A DNA stretch of 64,000 bases. Origin: Octopus vulgaris. Its lineage: Eukaryota. The notes under the pieces are model-generated. The model made no database searches. It saw nothing but the letters and a program-made list of their open reading frames with translations, and was not told the DNA's origin. The position numbers and the translations under genes are program-made. Shown in pieces: positions 1 to 12,340 of this stretch. Positions within the stretch are counted from its first letter, which is position 1. Each line of letters opens with the position of its first letter. Location: the NCBI GenBank assembly GCA_951406725.2, contig OX597816.1, positions 149,420,001 through 149,484,000 of the forward strand, given 5' to 3'.

Positions 1-324
1 TCTGAATGTTATGGGGTGTTGTATTAACTTTAGTATTTTTGTCTCTGTATGTGTATGTGTGGAATGTATACAAATATGAGGATTGGCTGTCACAGGAGCT
101 TCTACTCTCCCTATTATATAAAGCAGCTAAATCTCAGCCTCCTATCTAAAAAATGAGGGTGATGGCAATTGCTTGTAGTGATGATGAGGAAGGGGGTTGA
201 GTAGTAGTAATGGTGTTGATGTGATGGTTGGATGTTCAGGTGGGTGTTATGGTTGGGTTGATAATGATGTCAGTATTGATAAAGTTGTGGTAGTGTTTGT
301 GATATTTTTGGGGATAATTGTGTT

Positions 325-1365
325 GGTTGTTGTTTAGCCTAGATCAGCTCTGATCAAGATTTCTAAAGCATTTAGTCGAATCAATTGCTGCTACTGTTGT
401 TGTCCAACCCCAGGCCAAACCTTATCCACCTGAACTATGATCAAAGACAGTCTTGCCGTAGCCTTTCTGCCTTTTTAGCATATTTAGGACTAAATCATCT
501 AATCTGACCTTTCTTTATTTAAGACTGTAGGGTTAGATTTAAGGGAGATTTGGCTGCAATTTTTAACCACTGAGTGATCAAATAGAGGCTATTTTGTCAA
601 ACAACTAGATGTGATCCACAGATCTGTTGTTAATCCATTATGTGATTCACAGTTTTAGCATCATCAGCTGGATCTACAGACCCAGATAATAAGAGTTAAG
701 TTGATTAACATTGTAATTATTTAGTTCCAGGTCAGCACTGGAAACATTCCAACCATGACAACTAGCATTTTTGTTGTTGGGCATAGTGTATCTAGAACTA
801 TTTAGAGTGTGAATTCAAAGAAAAATTTGGCTTCTGTTCCCAACAGATATAGTGATTCTAGAGATGCTCACTTGTCAGCTTGTTCAGTTTATAGTTATTG
901 TGCTCAAGGTCAGATTTGATTGAGAAAACCTATGATCAAGGAAAGATACTCCAGTTGTGACCATCACATCTAGTATTCAGACAATATAACTAGGACTTTA
1001 TTATCTAATGTTTCTTTCCTTCCATCTATAAGGTAAAGAGATTTAGCTACTATCTCTAGTAGGTTGATTGACCACATCAGATGCCCTCTTGTTAGGATAA
1101 ATGTTCTGATTTGATATTGTTTTCTTCATGATCTTCGCATTGATATTTTGTGGCTTACTATCCAATGAATATGAATGTAAAATGTGTAGCTTTTATTTGA
1201 AAGTTTATTGAAGGAGATTTAGCTTTTATATAGAAAATATTAGTGATGATGGTAATGATGATGATGATGGTGATGACAATGATTTGTTGTTGTTGCTGTT
1301 GTTGTTTAATCCCAGATTGAGTGGACTTAAGATCAAAAGCATTCCAGTTACAACAAACCTGTGTT
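325..1365. repeat. Head-to-tail cluster of about 5 degenerate copies of an old interspersed (SINE-like) repeat
   Basis: Recurring motifs gttgtttag/aacccc-aggtcag..ctatgatcaa..gggagatttggctgc..gaccacatagagg at about 325, 395, 715, 895 and 1300. The same family recurs at about 22100-22300, 23750-23960 (reverse), 24120-24310, 25270-25370 and 57120-57320 (reverse). Confidence 0.55.
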
Positions 1366-2684
1366 ACAATATTATTTTTTGAGTAATGATAGTTGCTTTT
1401 GATAAAATTCTATGGAGAAGGCAACTAAAGACTCTACCCCAATGACCTGCCCAAAAATAGTGGGCAGCAAACATGGATGGCCATAGTGTATCTATTGTCT
1501 AAGATAGATATGTGTTATTTGAAGAAGATTTGCCTATGGTTCCTTGCAGGAATCACGTTGGCTTGTATTTTTGCTAATGAGTGTCAGATATGCTATTTCT
1601 AAAATTTCAGATTTAAAATAATATTCGGTTTCTATTTTAAAGACAGTTGAGAGATTCTTGGGGTAAATTTGAATACTATATAGAATCAGCGAAGAGTTTA
1701 TGAAGAAGTTCCCTTGTGAGCTTGTATGGACCCCCTTTTTAAAATTAACGAACATTTTACTTACTAAATTCACCTTGTTGAGCAATTGAATAGAAGCTCT
1801 CACATTGGGTCACGGTGAGTGACCGTGACTGTAGATGTATGTGATGATAAAGATGATGATAGCTCCAAAGTCCATTCACCCCTTCCTATGTTAAACTTGT
1901 TATCTATACATGCTGATGTTTACATCATATTGGTGTTGTTTCAGGAGTGGTCCTTTATCATTAATAAAATGCATGCATCTATGTCTCATTGTCACCGTTG
2001 TCATCATCGACACTGTCTCCACCATTGTCGCTATCACCACCCGTCATCGTCGTCATCACTGTTGTCATTGTCATTTTCTGTCTGCTTTCCATGCAAGCAT
2101 GGATTGGATGGGTTGTCATGATCTGAGTCAGTTCTTATTCAAAAGGCCATATCATTCTTGTATGTTTCATTTTGGTTTGTTTTCTATGGCTGGATGCCTG
2201 TTCAATTATCAAACATTTTACAGACTGTACTGAGTGTATTTTGTCATAGCGCCAGCACCAGAAAGGTTATCATGTTTTCAACAAGATTAAATGGTCTTCT
2301 TGACCCTGTGTTATCTCTGCTTGTTTGACCTGTCCTCTTTTTGTATCACACCAGTACTAGAGAGGTGGCCTTCTACCCCTGTAAGTTCCCACTCCACGAT
2401 GATGTATTTGGTAGAAGGGCCAGGATGGATGAGTTGTGGGGTGAGAGTATGATGTTTAGAAACAGAGTGATGGAGGTGAGAGGGAAGTAGAAGAAGAAAG
2501 CAAATGGTAGATAATAATAGATGTGGACTCTGGTAAGACTGAGTGATGAAAGAGTGTATCGCGTACAAATAGAGACAGTGCAACTCCTTACATAGGCTTT
2601 GTGATTAGGAGATTGAGCAATAAAAATGGTGGGAGATTGGGTACAGATAGATTCATTCCAACGATATACCTCGTTAAAGTGAAT

Positions 2685-2686
<2 letters not shown>

Positions 2687-2773
<87 letters not shown>
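2687..2773. repeat. (GATA)n(GA)n microsatellite
   Basis: Direct reading of the sequence. Confidence 0.95.
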
Positions 2774-2775
<2 letters not shown>

Positions 2776-2841
2776 CTTCGTCTACAAGTTCCATCTATTT
2801 TGAGAACCTTGCTTTTCTTTAGTAGCATTCAAGTATGCACA

Positions 2842-3738
2842 CACGTGGTCTGATCAATAAGTATCCTGACTGTTGCTATAGTAACGAAGCTAAAGCAAGC
2901 AGAGTGAAGCCGCTTGGTACAGATTGACCTTGAACTCTGCTGTGCATGCGCACTAAGTTTTAACGTTCTAGCTCATTTCCGCTGTTTACAGCAGTGCTTG
3001 AAAGGAAGGTGTTTAGCGTGTGATCGTTGCATTAATCATGACAGAGAAAGTTGAGCAGAGAATCTGCCTCAAATTTTGCCAAAAGCTTGGTGATACCTGC
3101 TCAGAGGCCTGCGCAAAGTTTTCAAAAAGTTTTCATCGTTCTCGATACAATCAAGGGGATCTTGTGCAACTGAAACCCGAGTGTCTTTTTCGTCAGCTGA
3201 AAGCAGTTTTGGCACAAACTTAGCAGACACGCGCCTCATACCCAAATCTTCAGTGATAATGGACTGAACTGAACCATAACTAATCTGCACATCCTCTGAT
3301 AACTCACGGATGGTGATTCGAAGATTTCCTCTCGCAGCTGCACGCACATCTACGATGTTTTTCTCAGTTCTGCTGGTTGTGGGTCACCGAGAACGTTCGT
3401 CAATATCGACATTCTTTTGGCCATCTTGGAAACGTCTGAGCCACTCGTACACGTATGTGGCCCATACACTCCTCTCCATACACTTTCTGTAACTTTGCAT
3501 AGGCCTCTGAGCAAGTATCGCCATGGCAACTTTCTCTGTCATGGTCAATGCGACAATCACACGCTACACACATTCCTACTAAGCACTGCTGTAAACATCG
3601 GAAGTGAGCTAAAGCATTAAAACTTAGTGTGCATGCACAGCAAAGTTCAAGGTCAATCTATGCTAAGCAGCTTCACTCTGCTTGCTTTAGCTTCGTTACT
3701 ATGGCAACAGTCCGAATATTTATTGATCAGACCACGTG
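2842..3738. mobile_element. Mariner-derived fold-back non-autonomous element (both ends are the element's 5' end)
   Basis: Ends cacgtggtctgatcaataa / ttattgatcagaccacgtg followed by TA; inverted arms of about 210 bp. The + strand encodes MTEKVEQRICLKFCQKLGDTCSEA (mariner N-terminus). The - strand encodes RITIRELSEDVQISYGSVQSIITEDLGMRRVSAKFVPKLLS (HTH2 plus WVPxxL-type linker). Confidence 0.9.
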
Positions 3739-3783
3739 TATGCAAATATACGAGTATGTAAGGATACCCATTTGCAATTCTGT

Positions 3784-4036
3784 CAGTATGCTGCCAAGAT
3801 ATTTGGAAGAAGCTACGTTATTTTAGGAACTACGCGAATCTACCAGGTTAACGCTGATAAAAAATAACATTTTTATCAAGATTTATTGTGAGATCTACGT
3901 AACACGTTGCATATCAATGAAATTTTATCCATGAGAGTTTAAAGATCTGTTTCAGCAAGTGCGACGATATCACATTCATCAGCTTACAAAGAAGTCTTTT
4001 ATCAGAGGTATAGACGTGTATAATTTGAAATTAAGT
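3784..4036 (-). repeat. Inverted duplication of part of the adjacent RTE LINE (pairs with 4375-4630)
   Basis: cagtatgctgccaagatatttg...aatttgaaattaagt is the near reverse complement of 4375-4630. Confidence 0.9.
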
Positions 4037-4289
4037 TGTTTGAAGTTGTGCAGTAGTGTATATAAATTCACTTAGATCAATCTTTGAAAGTGAAAGGTAA
4101 AATTATGTGTTGGAACAAACTTGAGTTGGAACATAAGTCTATCATATGGTAGTTTAGTATAATATAGGACTAATGTTGACTAAACGGCAAAACCACTTCA
4201 GGCTACCTTCTCTGTTATCATCTCTTCCAGGTCAAAATTAATTTAAGCATCAGTTTGTTTGCTTGTTTATTTGTTTGTTTGTTTGTTTG

Positions 4290-5460
4290 GGGGGTGTCTT
4301 TTTTGTAGCATTTTGATATTTTTCATCCTCACAAGTAAAACAGGTCTTAGGTAAGGCAGCAGTGTCCCTCCTGTACTTAATTTCAAATTATACACGTCTA
4401 TACCTCTGACAAAAGACTTCTTTGTACGCTGATGAGTGTGATATCGTCGCACTTGCTGAAATAGATCTTTAAACTCTCATGGATAAAATTTCATTGATAT
4501 GTAACGTGTTAGGTAGGTCTCACAATAAATCTTGATAAAAATGTTGTTTTTTTTTATTAGCGTTATCCTGGCAGATTCGCGTAGTTCCTAAAATAACGAA
4601 GCTTCTTTCAAATATCTTGGCAGCATACTGAACAGGAATGCCAGTCTTGATGACAGATTTGCAAAGAATTCAGATGGCATGGATATCTTTTAGAGAATTA
4701 CAATCGTCACAATTATCTCAATGGCATATAAAAATGACACTAAAATATCTACTTTAAAAACATTACTTTTTGTTTTTGTTTTATGGGTATGAAACATTCG
4801 TATTACATTCAAAGCATGTTAAAAAGTTTTCAGGAAAAAGTGTCTTCAACAAATTTTGAATATATATGCTGGAGAAATATATAATGATGTTGATGTAGAG
4901 TTAGCAAATGTTGTAAGCATAGTAGCTCTCTTGCGGCGCAGTAGATTGAGGAGGGCAGGTCCTATAGTTCGCATACAAATGAAAAAAATTTCCAAGTGTC
5001 TACTCTATAGAGAAATTACAAACCATAATTAAGACACAAAGACTGCCTTATATTAGATCTAAAAATGGTAATATTCATATGAAAAGTTGGGAAACAAATG
5101 TAATCGATAGAAAATCTTGGGGTAAAATATACTCCAAATATTTGACGAGAAACACGCAAAACGAAATGCAGAGGAAAGAAGCACCATATATATCAATAAT
5201 CACTTCAGATGTTCAACTTGGAAGCAACTCTGGTCTTGTAAGCTACATAAGGTTACATGATCGAATGCAAGCTAATAATAAATCTTTGCTTCATGAAAGA
5301 ACATTTGTTTGCTAACCATGTAATAAATATCCTCTTTCTGTTGACCTGAATAGACAGTTGTTTGTACACAATGCCAAATACCCTAATTCTGCATCGCATA
5401 TAACTGAGTACAGACATTCATATGATGTGGTAAGACTTGCTGATCATCAACTGGGCTAAA
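4290..5460 (+). mobile_element. Decayed RTE-clade LINE (RT C-terminal half and 3' end)
   Basis: Conceptual translation gives GLR*GSSVPPVL (QG motif), LLYADECDIVA (YADD), GLTINLDK and FKYLGSILNRNASLDD; many stops and frameshifts. Confidence 0.75.
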
Positions 5461-5466
5461 ATACTC

Positions 5467-5526
5467 ATGTATGTATGTATGTATGTATGTATGTATGTAT
5501 GTATGTATGTATGTATGTATGTATGT

Positions 5527-5566
<40 letters not shown>

Positions 5567-5568
5567 AT
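5467..5568. repeat. (ATGT)n/(GT)n microsatellite
   Basis: Direct reading of the sequence. Confidence 0.95.
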
Positions 5569-6377
5569 CCTGGGTATGACCTTACACTACATCAGATAGT
5601 GCGGCTCTGATTGGGGAGTTTACTCTGATTCAGAATAGTAGTATCTGTTGGGGTCCCAGTTATTGGTTAATTAGCAAATGTGATGGGAATCCATCTGAAT
5701 GCGGGATGCAGCAATACTCTTGGTGAATGTCAGGGTGCACAGTAAAACCACCGGAAGTGAGGGACTCCTAGCTATTGTCATAGCATCCTTCTAGGAGAGG
5801 GACACTTTGATGTAAAATCTGCGGTTTCACATAATTACTGGTCGTTTCGCTTCGGCCTGTACTAATCACTGAGACACAGAGAATGACATTTGTGTTGTAC
5901 AAGCATTTATCACTATAATCCAGTGACGTACATGTCTCTTTATGGTAACCTCATTTGCCATTCCATCCACTGAAAGTCCTATGGTGATAGAAAAGTTATG
6001 TGTGCAAACCTAACCAACTGGAAGCGCACAGTATGTTACAACTTTCGTCTTTCCTTTATGCTTTCTAAGAAGCTAAACCAGGAGATTACTAATAGTAATA
6101 ATGGAGGGGAAAGCTGGTAATAATCCATCAAATAAGGATTACAATAACAGGGAAGAAAGTAATCAAACCCGTCCAAATAATTCTAACATAAATAATAATA
6201 TAGACGATAACAAAAATAATGTAAGTAATGGAAATGATGAAAATTTCAATAATACTAGGAACAACAACAATGATAACAATGTAGGAAATATCAACAGCGT
6301 TAATAATAACCATAGCAACAATAAAGAGAAAATTAGAAACAGGAGAAAGACTAGTTGCTACTGGATATGAATACCTT

Positions 6378-6866
6378 TGTACGAACGTGATATACAAATA
6401 TACAATTAGAACGGAAGCAGAGCTCACAGCCAGTTCCTGTGACAGACAACACCAGCAGCATTCAGGACCTCCATCTCCGTCGCCTTCATCTTAACGACGC
6501 CAACATCTCTACGTACACAGCAACATTTGCTCGGGTTTAATTCCTCGCTGTTTGTGAATACTTCCCCATGGTTAACAGCAAGAACTACCTGCGAGATCTT
6601 CCTGTATCAAGTGACCGGCAGTGGCATTGTAGCCACAACTACTTACACGACACGTGCTTCGACCGGCTCTGCTTTTTTCGCCACAACTTCTTGTTACAGT
6701 GTTTCACCTATTGTGTACCTCACTACGAACTGGTATTTATCTTCATTGTGTCTGAACTTCTAGCGTCCTGTTATAGACTCTTTCTATGGTCTGTATTTTA
6801 TCTCACATGCAAACATCCTTGTTTGTACACACATACACATTATGTAAACATGACGGCCTGTCTATA

Positions 6867-6929
<63 letters not shown>

Positions 6930-7118
6930 GTACTTATGTCGCACACAAAGACACACATGAATAAAACTCTTCTCTTAAACCTTCTATCGGTGTGTGTCTT
7001 CCTTTTCCTTCTGGCACTTGCACTCATTTATCCATTTTTTGCTTTTATTGTAAGCGACCGTGCGGTGTATTAAAGGGGCCATTCATTCGTCACCTCTCCT
7101 TCGCACGGTCGTTCTACA
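6378..7118 (+). mobile_element. Candidate solo LTR or short-IR element
   Basis: Termini TGTA(C)GAACG...CGTTCTACA are inverted; AATAAA at about 6960; GC-rich hairpin cgaccgtgcg/cgcacggtcg at about 7054-7111 near the 3' end. No TSD visible. Confidence 0.35.
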
Positions 7119-7550
7119 AAAGCATTCACATGAGTCACTGCACCTCCCTCACGGGCCTTGTCTGGAAACTTACAGAAGGAAAAGTACGCTACAGCATGTC
7201 ATGGACAGTGATAAAAAAAATGCGTATCTGTACACTACATACTCAGGATCTTGTAATTTCTGTTCTGAGGAGACACTATACATTTTGATATGTACAGATA
7301 AACTTGTAAATAGGCACTCCGAAATAGTTACTAGATTCAACCATAAGCTAAAATACTCATTTTTGCGGTTTGGTAAAAACAATATTTAAAACTCCATCTG
7401 TTTATTTTATTATAGTGTATTTATTTGTTTTATTTCTACTTAATCCTTTTGATGAGAAATGTTCTAATGGCTACTGTTCTAATGTTCTAATGTGGAGCAA
7501 GGTTGTAGAAGTACTTGTTGCCAAGTATCAATATGGGTATTAATATCAAA

Positions 7551-7981
7551 CTAGCTTGACCCGTGAAAACTTCACGGAAACATAAAAAATGTAAGCATCT
7601 GTAAATAGTGTACTGGTGCTATGATAAATGTTTGTATATTATGACCGTCTGTCTTTACGTTCTGAGTTCAAATTTGTGAGTTAATTTTATCCTCGTGTAG
7701 TAATGAAAAGTGAAATTCACATCAAATATTTGCTGTGTTTATGTATCTATGTATGGACTTTTCTTTGGATTTATGTATCTACTGTCTCTCTCACTTTCTC
7801 TCTTTCTCTTTCACGTCCTTTGGGTAGCTCTTCTTACCCGTTTTGATTTAGCAATGTGTATATGTATCTATGTATCTACTTCTCTTGCGATGTGATAAAC
7901 ATTTAAAAACACAAAACGAACGCCGTCACCACTCACTGTCTCTTTCACTCTTTCACTCTCTCTCTCTCTCTTTCTCTCTCA

Positions 7982-8013
<32 letters not shown>

Positions 8014-8164
8014 CCTCTCTCTTACTTCCTCTCTGGCCTCCTCTTTCTCTTTGCCACTTCTTTGAAGTGTGACACACACATCAGGTACGTACAAAACAAA
8101 AAGATAGCGTATTGATATTATTGATGACAGGCGAGGAAAAGTGTTTATAACTCTACTACATAGA
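7551..8164 (-). mobile_element. Non-autonomous Helitron-like element with internal (CT)n
   Basis: On the - strand it begins TCTATGTAG, ends with hairpin ccgtgaa-aac-ttcacgg just before CTAG, and sits between A and T with no TSD. Confidence 0.55.
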
Positions 8165-9231
8165 TTACTTATACTTTTTGTCAAATGTCAATGTGTGTGA
8201 ATAGATAAGTATAGTTTTATAAAAGTATCTGGAACAATGTAAACAAATTCTAGTCATTCAAGGTTGTAGTGAATTTCTGTCAACATATATTAATATCAAC
8301 ATAATATAAATAATAAGGCAGTGAGCTAGCAGGATGAAAAGTAAAGTCGGAAGAAATGTCGCTGGGCATTTTGTCCGGCTCGGTGACACGTGTTTTAATC
8401 CATATCAGAGTGCACTCTTACAACTGCTTTAGTGTGCTGTCGCATTGTTGGACGAATGATGGATTGTTATAGGGGTAATGCAAACAAGATTTATCATCAG
8501 TAAAATAGAGGGAACCTGTGATGGTTAAGCCACACAGATGAGAGAGCGTGTAGGATTGAGATGCATGTAAATGTACTGAATTTGTAGATCAATCTAACCT
8601 AAATCAGCAGCAGGAGAAAAAAAAAGAGGTCAAATTGTTAAAATGATGATGATAGGGGAGTAGTAATAGTAGTAGTCGTAATAGTGATGATGGTAGTTGG
8701 TGGTGACAATGAAGGTGGTGGTGACGATTATAATGTAACTTCTGTTAATACAATAAAAAAAAACCTTTAAAAAAGAAACAGTTTAAAATAAGATAAGAAA
8801 AAAATGCAAAGTGAAAACAACAAACCACCGAGAAGTGCTTTCAACAGTTATTCGTAATTATATTATCTATTATCTGCAATTGATATTACCTCTGCGCAAA
8901 GTAGCTGGATTTAGTTTCAAGTTAAGACTGATAGTTTTGAAGCACGTACACTCACTAACTTATATTCACACAGTATGGAATTTGGACTTAAATCTTGTTG
9001 TATTTTCAAAAGAGTAAGTCAAAGTTTAAGATTATAATTATACTTTCCATCTAAACTGATTAGTAGGGAGTAACAATCTCTTAGTCACGTGGGAAGTTGT
9101 GTGAAGGATAGGTCATATTGTCGATGTGGAACTGATGGTAGAATCGGTGAGGTTCAAGACGACCATTTAAAGAAGGGGTCAACTGTTAGTACTCTTAATA
9201 GTTAAGTGGGCACTTACAGATTTTATTCTTT

Positions 9232-9346
9232 ATGTTTGGTCATGCTAGGGCACCGCGTTGAAAGGGTTGGTCGATCAAAATGACCTCAGGGCATTTTTTG
9301 CAAGCTTAGAACTTATTCTATCGGCTTTTTTTTTTGCCGAACTGCT
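9232..9346 (-). mobile_element. SINE fragment (family B)
   Basis: Matches the copies at 44063-44230 and 41640-41840 (catgct.gggcaccgc..acttattctatcgg..tttgccgaactgct). Confidence 0.7.
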
Positions 9347-10342
9347 TGCTGACAAAATGTTAGCTATGCAGATGAATCAAAAATCTCTCAGAGGATACAG
9401 AGCTCAGGAGATGTTGTGCACCTGCAGCGCGAGTTGGACGCAATACACAAGTGGGCTGAGGGCAATAACATGCAGTTTAATGCTGCAAAATTCCAAGCCC
9501 TGCGCTACCAGCACACAAAGCTAGATGAAATGCAGACATGATATACTGGCCCAGGAGGGACTGCAATACCTGAATCAAAATCAGTGCGCGACCTGGGCAC
9601 TGACTTGAGTAATGGTGCATCTTTTTAGGTGCATATTACTAAGTCGGCAATAAAATGCCGGTGGCTGGCCGGATGGATCCTTAGAACGTTCAGAAGGAGA
9701 AAACAGGACACCATGATGGTCCCCTGGAAGACATTTGTCCTCAGCCACTTAGACTACTGCTCCCAACTATGATCACCTCACAGCGTAAAATTAACGGCGA
9801 AACTCGAAGCAATCCAGCAAAGCTACACAAAGAAGATCGTCTCAGTGCGACATATCACCTACTGGGAAAGGCTGAAAAAGTTAAGACTACTGTCTTGAAC
9901 GAAGGCAGGAAAGATATACAGTGATATACATCTGGAAAATCTTGGAAGGACTTTTACCTAACTTTGGCATTGAAAGTTACACAAACAGCAGAACTGGACG
10001 CCACTGCATCGTGCCAAAGATTCCCACATCGCCATCAAGATACAGGACCAGATACTGCAACAGCCTGGGTTTCAAGGGCCCACAGCTCTTCAATATCCTC
10101 CCCAAAAGCCAGAGAAACCTACATGGAATGGATGAAGCATCTTCAAGCAAAACTGGATCTCCTCCTGTCAATATTTCCAGATGAACCTATCTCTCAGCAG
10201 GAAACCCAGATGAGGGCAGTAACATCAAACTGTCTAATTTACCAAATGCCACATATCAGAGGACGTTTCAAGTAGCAAAGTTAACGGCAGTATTCCAGTA
10301 TGGCCACAGCTCTCAAGCTGAGACTAGTTAAAGATAAAAGAT
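9347..10342 (+). mobile_element. 5'-truncated CR1-group LINE with 3' UTR
   Basis: SYADESKIS, NNMQFNAAKFQAL, RDLG, HLDYCSQL and IYIWKILEGLLPNFGI..NSLGFKGPQLFNILPK (ORF 9921-10184); ends in aagataaaagat. Confidence 0.85.
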
Positions 10343-10757
10343 ATATATAATAATAATAATAATAATGATGGTGATGGTGATTATGATGATGATGATGATG
10401 ATGATGATGGCGGCGGCGGCGGCCTTATCATATTTAATGTGTAAATAAAGGTGAGCTTGTATCAACCCATTATTGTAATTCGTAATATCTCGGCTTGACA
10501 TAAACTTACTCCGTATTCTACCACTCATACTAAACTAATATCGATTTTTTTACATTAGTATCAGACCACAAATTTGTAACAAAGATGTATAATCTATATC
10601 CAGTCAATATATGTTTTATCGATTCCGGAGTAAGGGAAAATAAAGTTCACTCCGACAGAATTTGAACTAACAACATTGAAAGATAGAAGTAAACAGTGAA
10701 ACGCGTTTAATCCAGTATTTTTGCGGGTTTGTCATTTGAAAGCTTTCCACTAATATC

Positions 10758-11126
10758 CTTTCTACTATAGGTACAAGGTCAGAAATTTTAGGGGAGGGAA
10801 TAAATTGATTACATCAATCCCAGTACATGACTGGTATTTATTTTGGCGATCCTTCGGTATAGGTACACACGTGACTTTGTTTACATTTCTGAAGATAAGA
10901 GAAACCTTTTTCTCCCACCCCTAACCCTAACACCCCATATATATAAAAAAAACACTTTCTTGAAATGTATCCGGTACTTCCGCTGGTACTTATACCGAAG
11001 TTACGCCCTTATTTTTATCGATCCCGAAAGGTTGAAAAGCAAAGTCGACTTCAGGGGAATTTGAACTCAGAGCGTAAAGACGGACGAAACATTTTGCCTG
11101 GCGTGCTTACAATTCTGTCCGCCTTC
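10758..11126 (-). mobile_element. tRNA-derived SINE (family A) with 16-bp TSD, interrupted by a MITE
   Basis: TSD gctttccactaatatc at 10742-10757 and 11127-11142; B-box gagttcaaattcc on the - strand. Confidence 0.85.
10844..11008. mobile_element. MITE with telomere-like ctaaccctaac and probable 6-bp TSD
   Basis: Imperfect TIR ggcgatccttcggtata / tataccgaagttacgcc; flanked by ttattt on both sides; interrupts the SINE consensus. Confidence 0.65.
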
Positions 11127-12013
11127 GCTTTCCACTAATATCTCAGAATATATTAAGCAGTGAAATTCTTTGAATAGATTCCTTAGAAATAACTTTGGGC
11201 GGTTTTGTCTGGATTCGTATTTTTTCATTTTTTAAACATGAAATTAAATGTAATATAATCAAGAACGACGGCGGCAGTGGTGACAACGACAGCGAAAACT
11301 GTCCTGTTACTTGATAGTTGGAACTTGTAATAAAAAATGGAATTAAAACAATGAAGATCGGGCATGACAAATGACCTTTTGCATGCAACATTTCAAAGTT
11401 ATTAAATGGAATGTCGGAACCATATAACAGAGTTGCTGGTTTTGTCAGGTCATTATCAAATCAGGTCAGTCGGTGCCAATTTTGGAACTTAATTTTGGCA
11501 ATAACACAAAGTTAAAAGCCTACGTCAGCTGAAAGAGAAGGCAACAGATGGCTTATCTATTTTGGTTTCTGGGCACATTTGATTTCATATTTAGATACAA
11601 TGCTCTAAATTTATGAAGAATTATAATATTCATGCTGTTCGCAAGAGCATCAGCGACAACAAGGAATAAATAATATGGCTAGAAAAAACAAACATATGGA
11701 ACAACTGTTTTTTATAAATAAGTAGAAAAAGAAAATACCGCATCTTTTTTTTTTTCTAACATTTGTCCCATTTTAAAGTTTAATAGAAAGCTAAAATAAC
11801 AGGAAGACTTAATCACGATATATTACTCTGGAGACCACATAGTTTAAAACAGAGGGAAACAAAGCTGCTTTTTTTCAATTCCATTAGCAAACAACTGAAA
11901 TGAGGCGAAATATAATGGATGTAGCTTCATCAGCAATTTGAAATTGGCTCGCGTATGCAATTTCCCTGAACTTTATTCTGTCGAAAAACATCTAGTATGT
12001 TATTTTATATATC

Positions 12014-12340
12014 ATTATATACACTACTAAAGGTGGCAGGCTGGCCGAGTGGGACAAATACTTTGTGGTTATTATGTTCTGACTTCAATTTATGCCGAGG
12101 TCAACATTACCTTTCATCCTTTCTATGTCGGTAAATTAAGTACCAGTTGAGTACTGGGGTCGATATTATCGACTGTCCCCATCTCCACAAAATCCAGGCC
12201 TTGTGCTTATAGTAGAAAGGATTATATACACTACTAAAGGCGGCAAGCTGGCAGAATTGTTAGAGTGGGACAAATACTTTGTGGTCATTATGTTCTGACT
12301 TCAATTTCTGCCGAGGTCAACTTTACCTTTCATCCCTCCG
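12014..12340 (+). mobile_element. SINE family A, tandemly duplicated (period about 207 bp)
   Basis: attatatacactactaaagg at 12014 and 12221; both units share the same internal variants. Confidence 0.85.

Noticed and set aside
6101-6370. Asn-rich ORF (also 19209-19553)
   Set aside because: Translation of degenerate AAC/AAT microsatellite; no splice or domain support.
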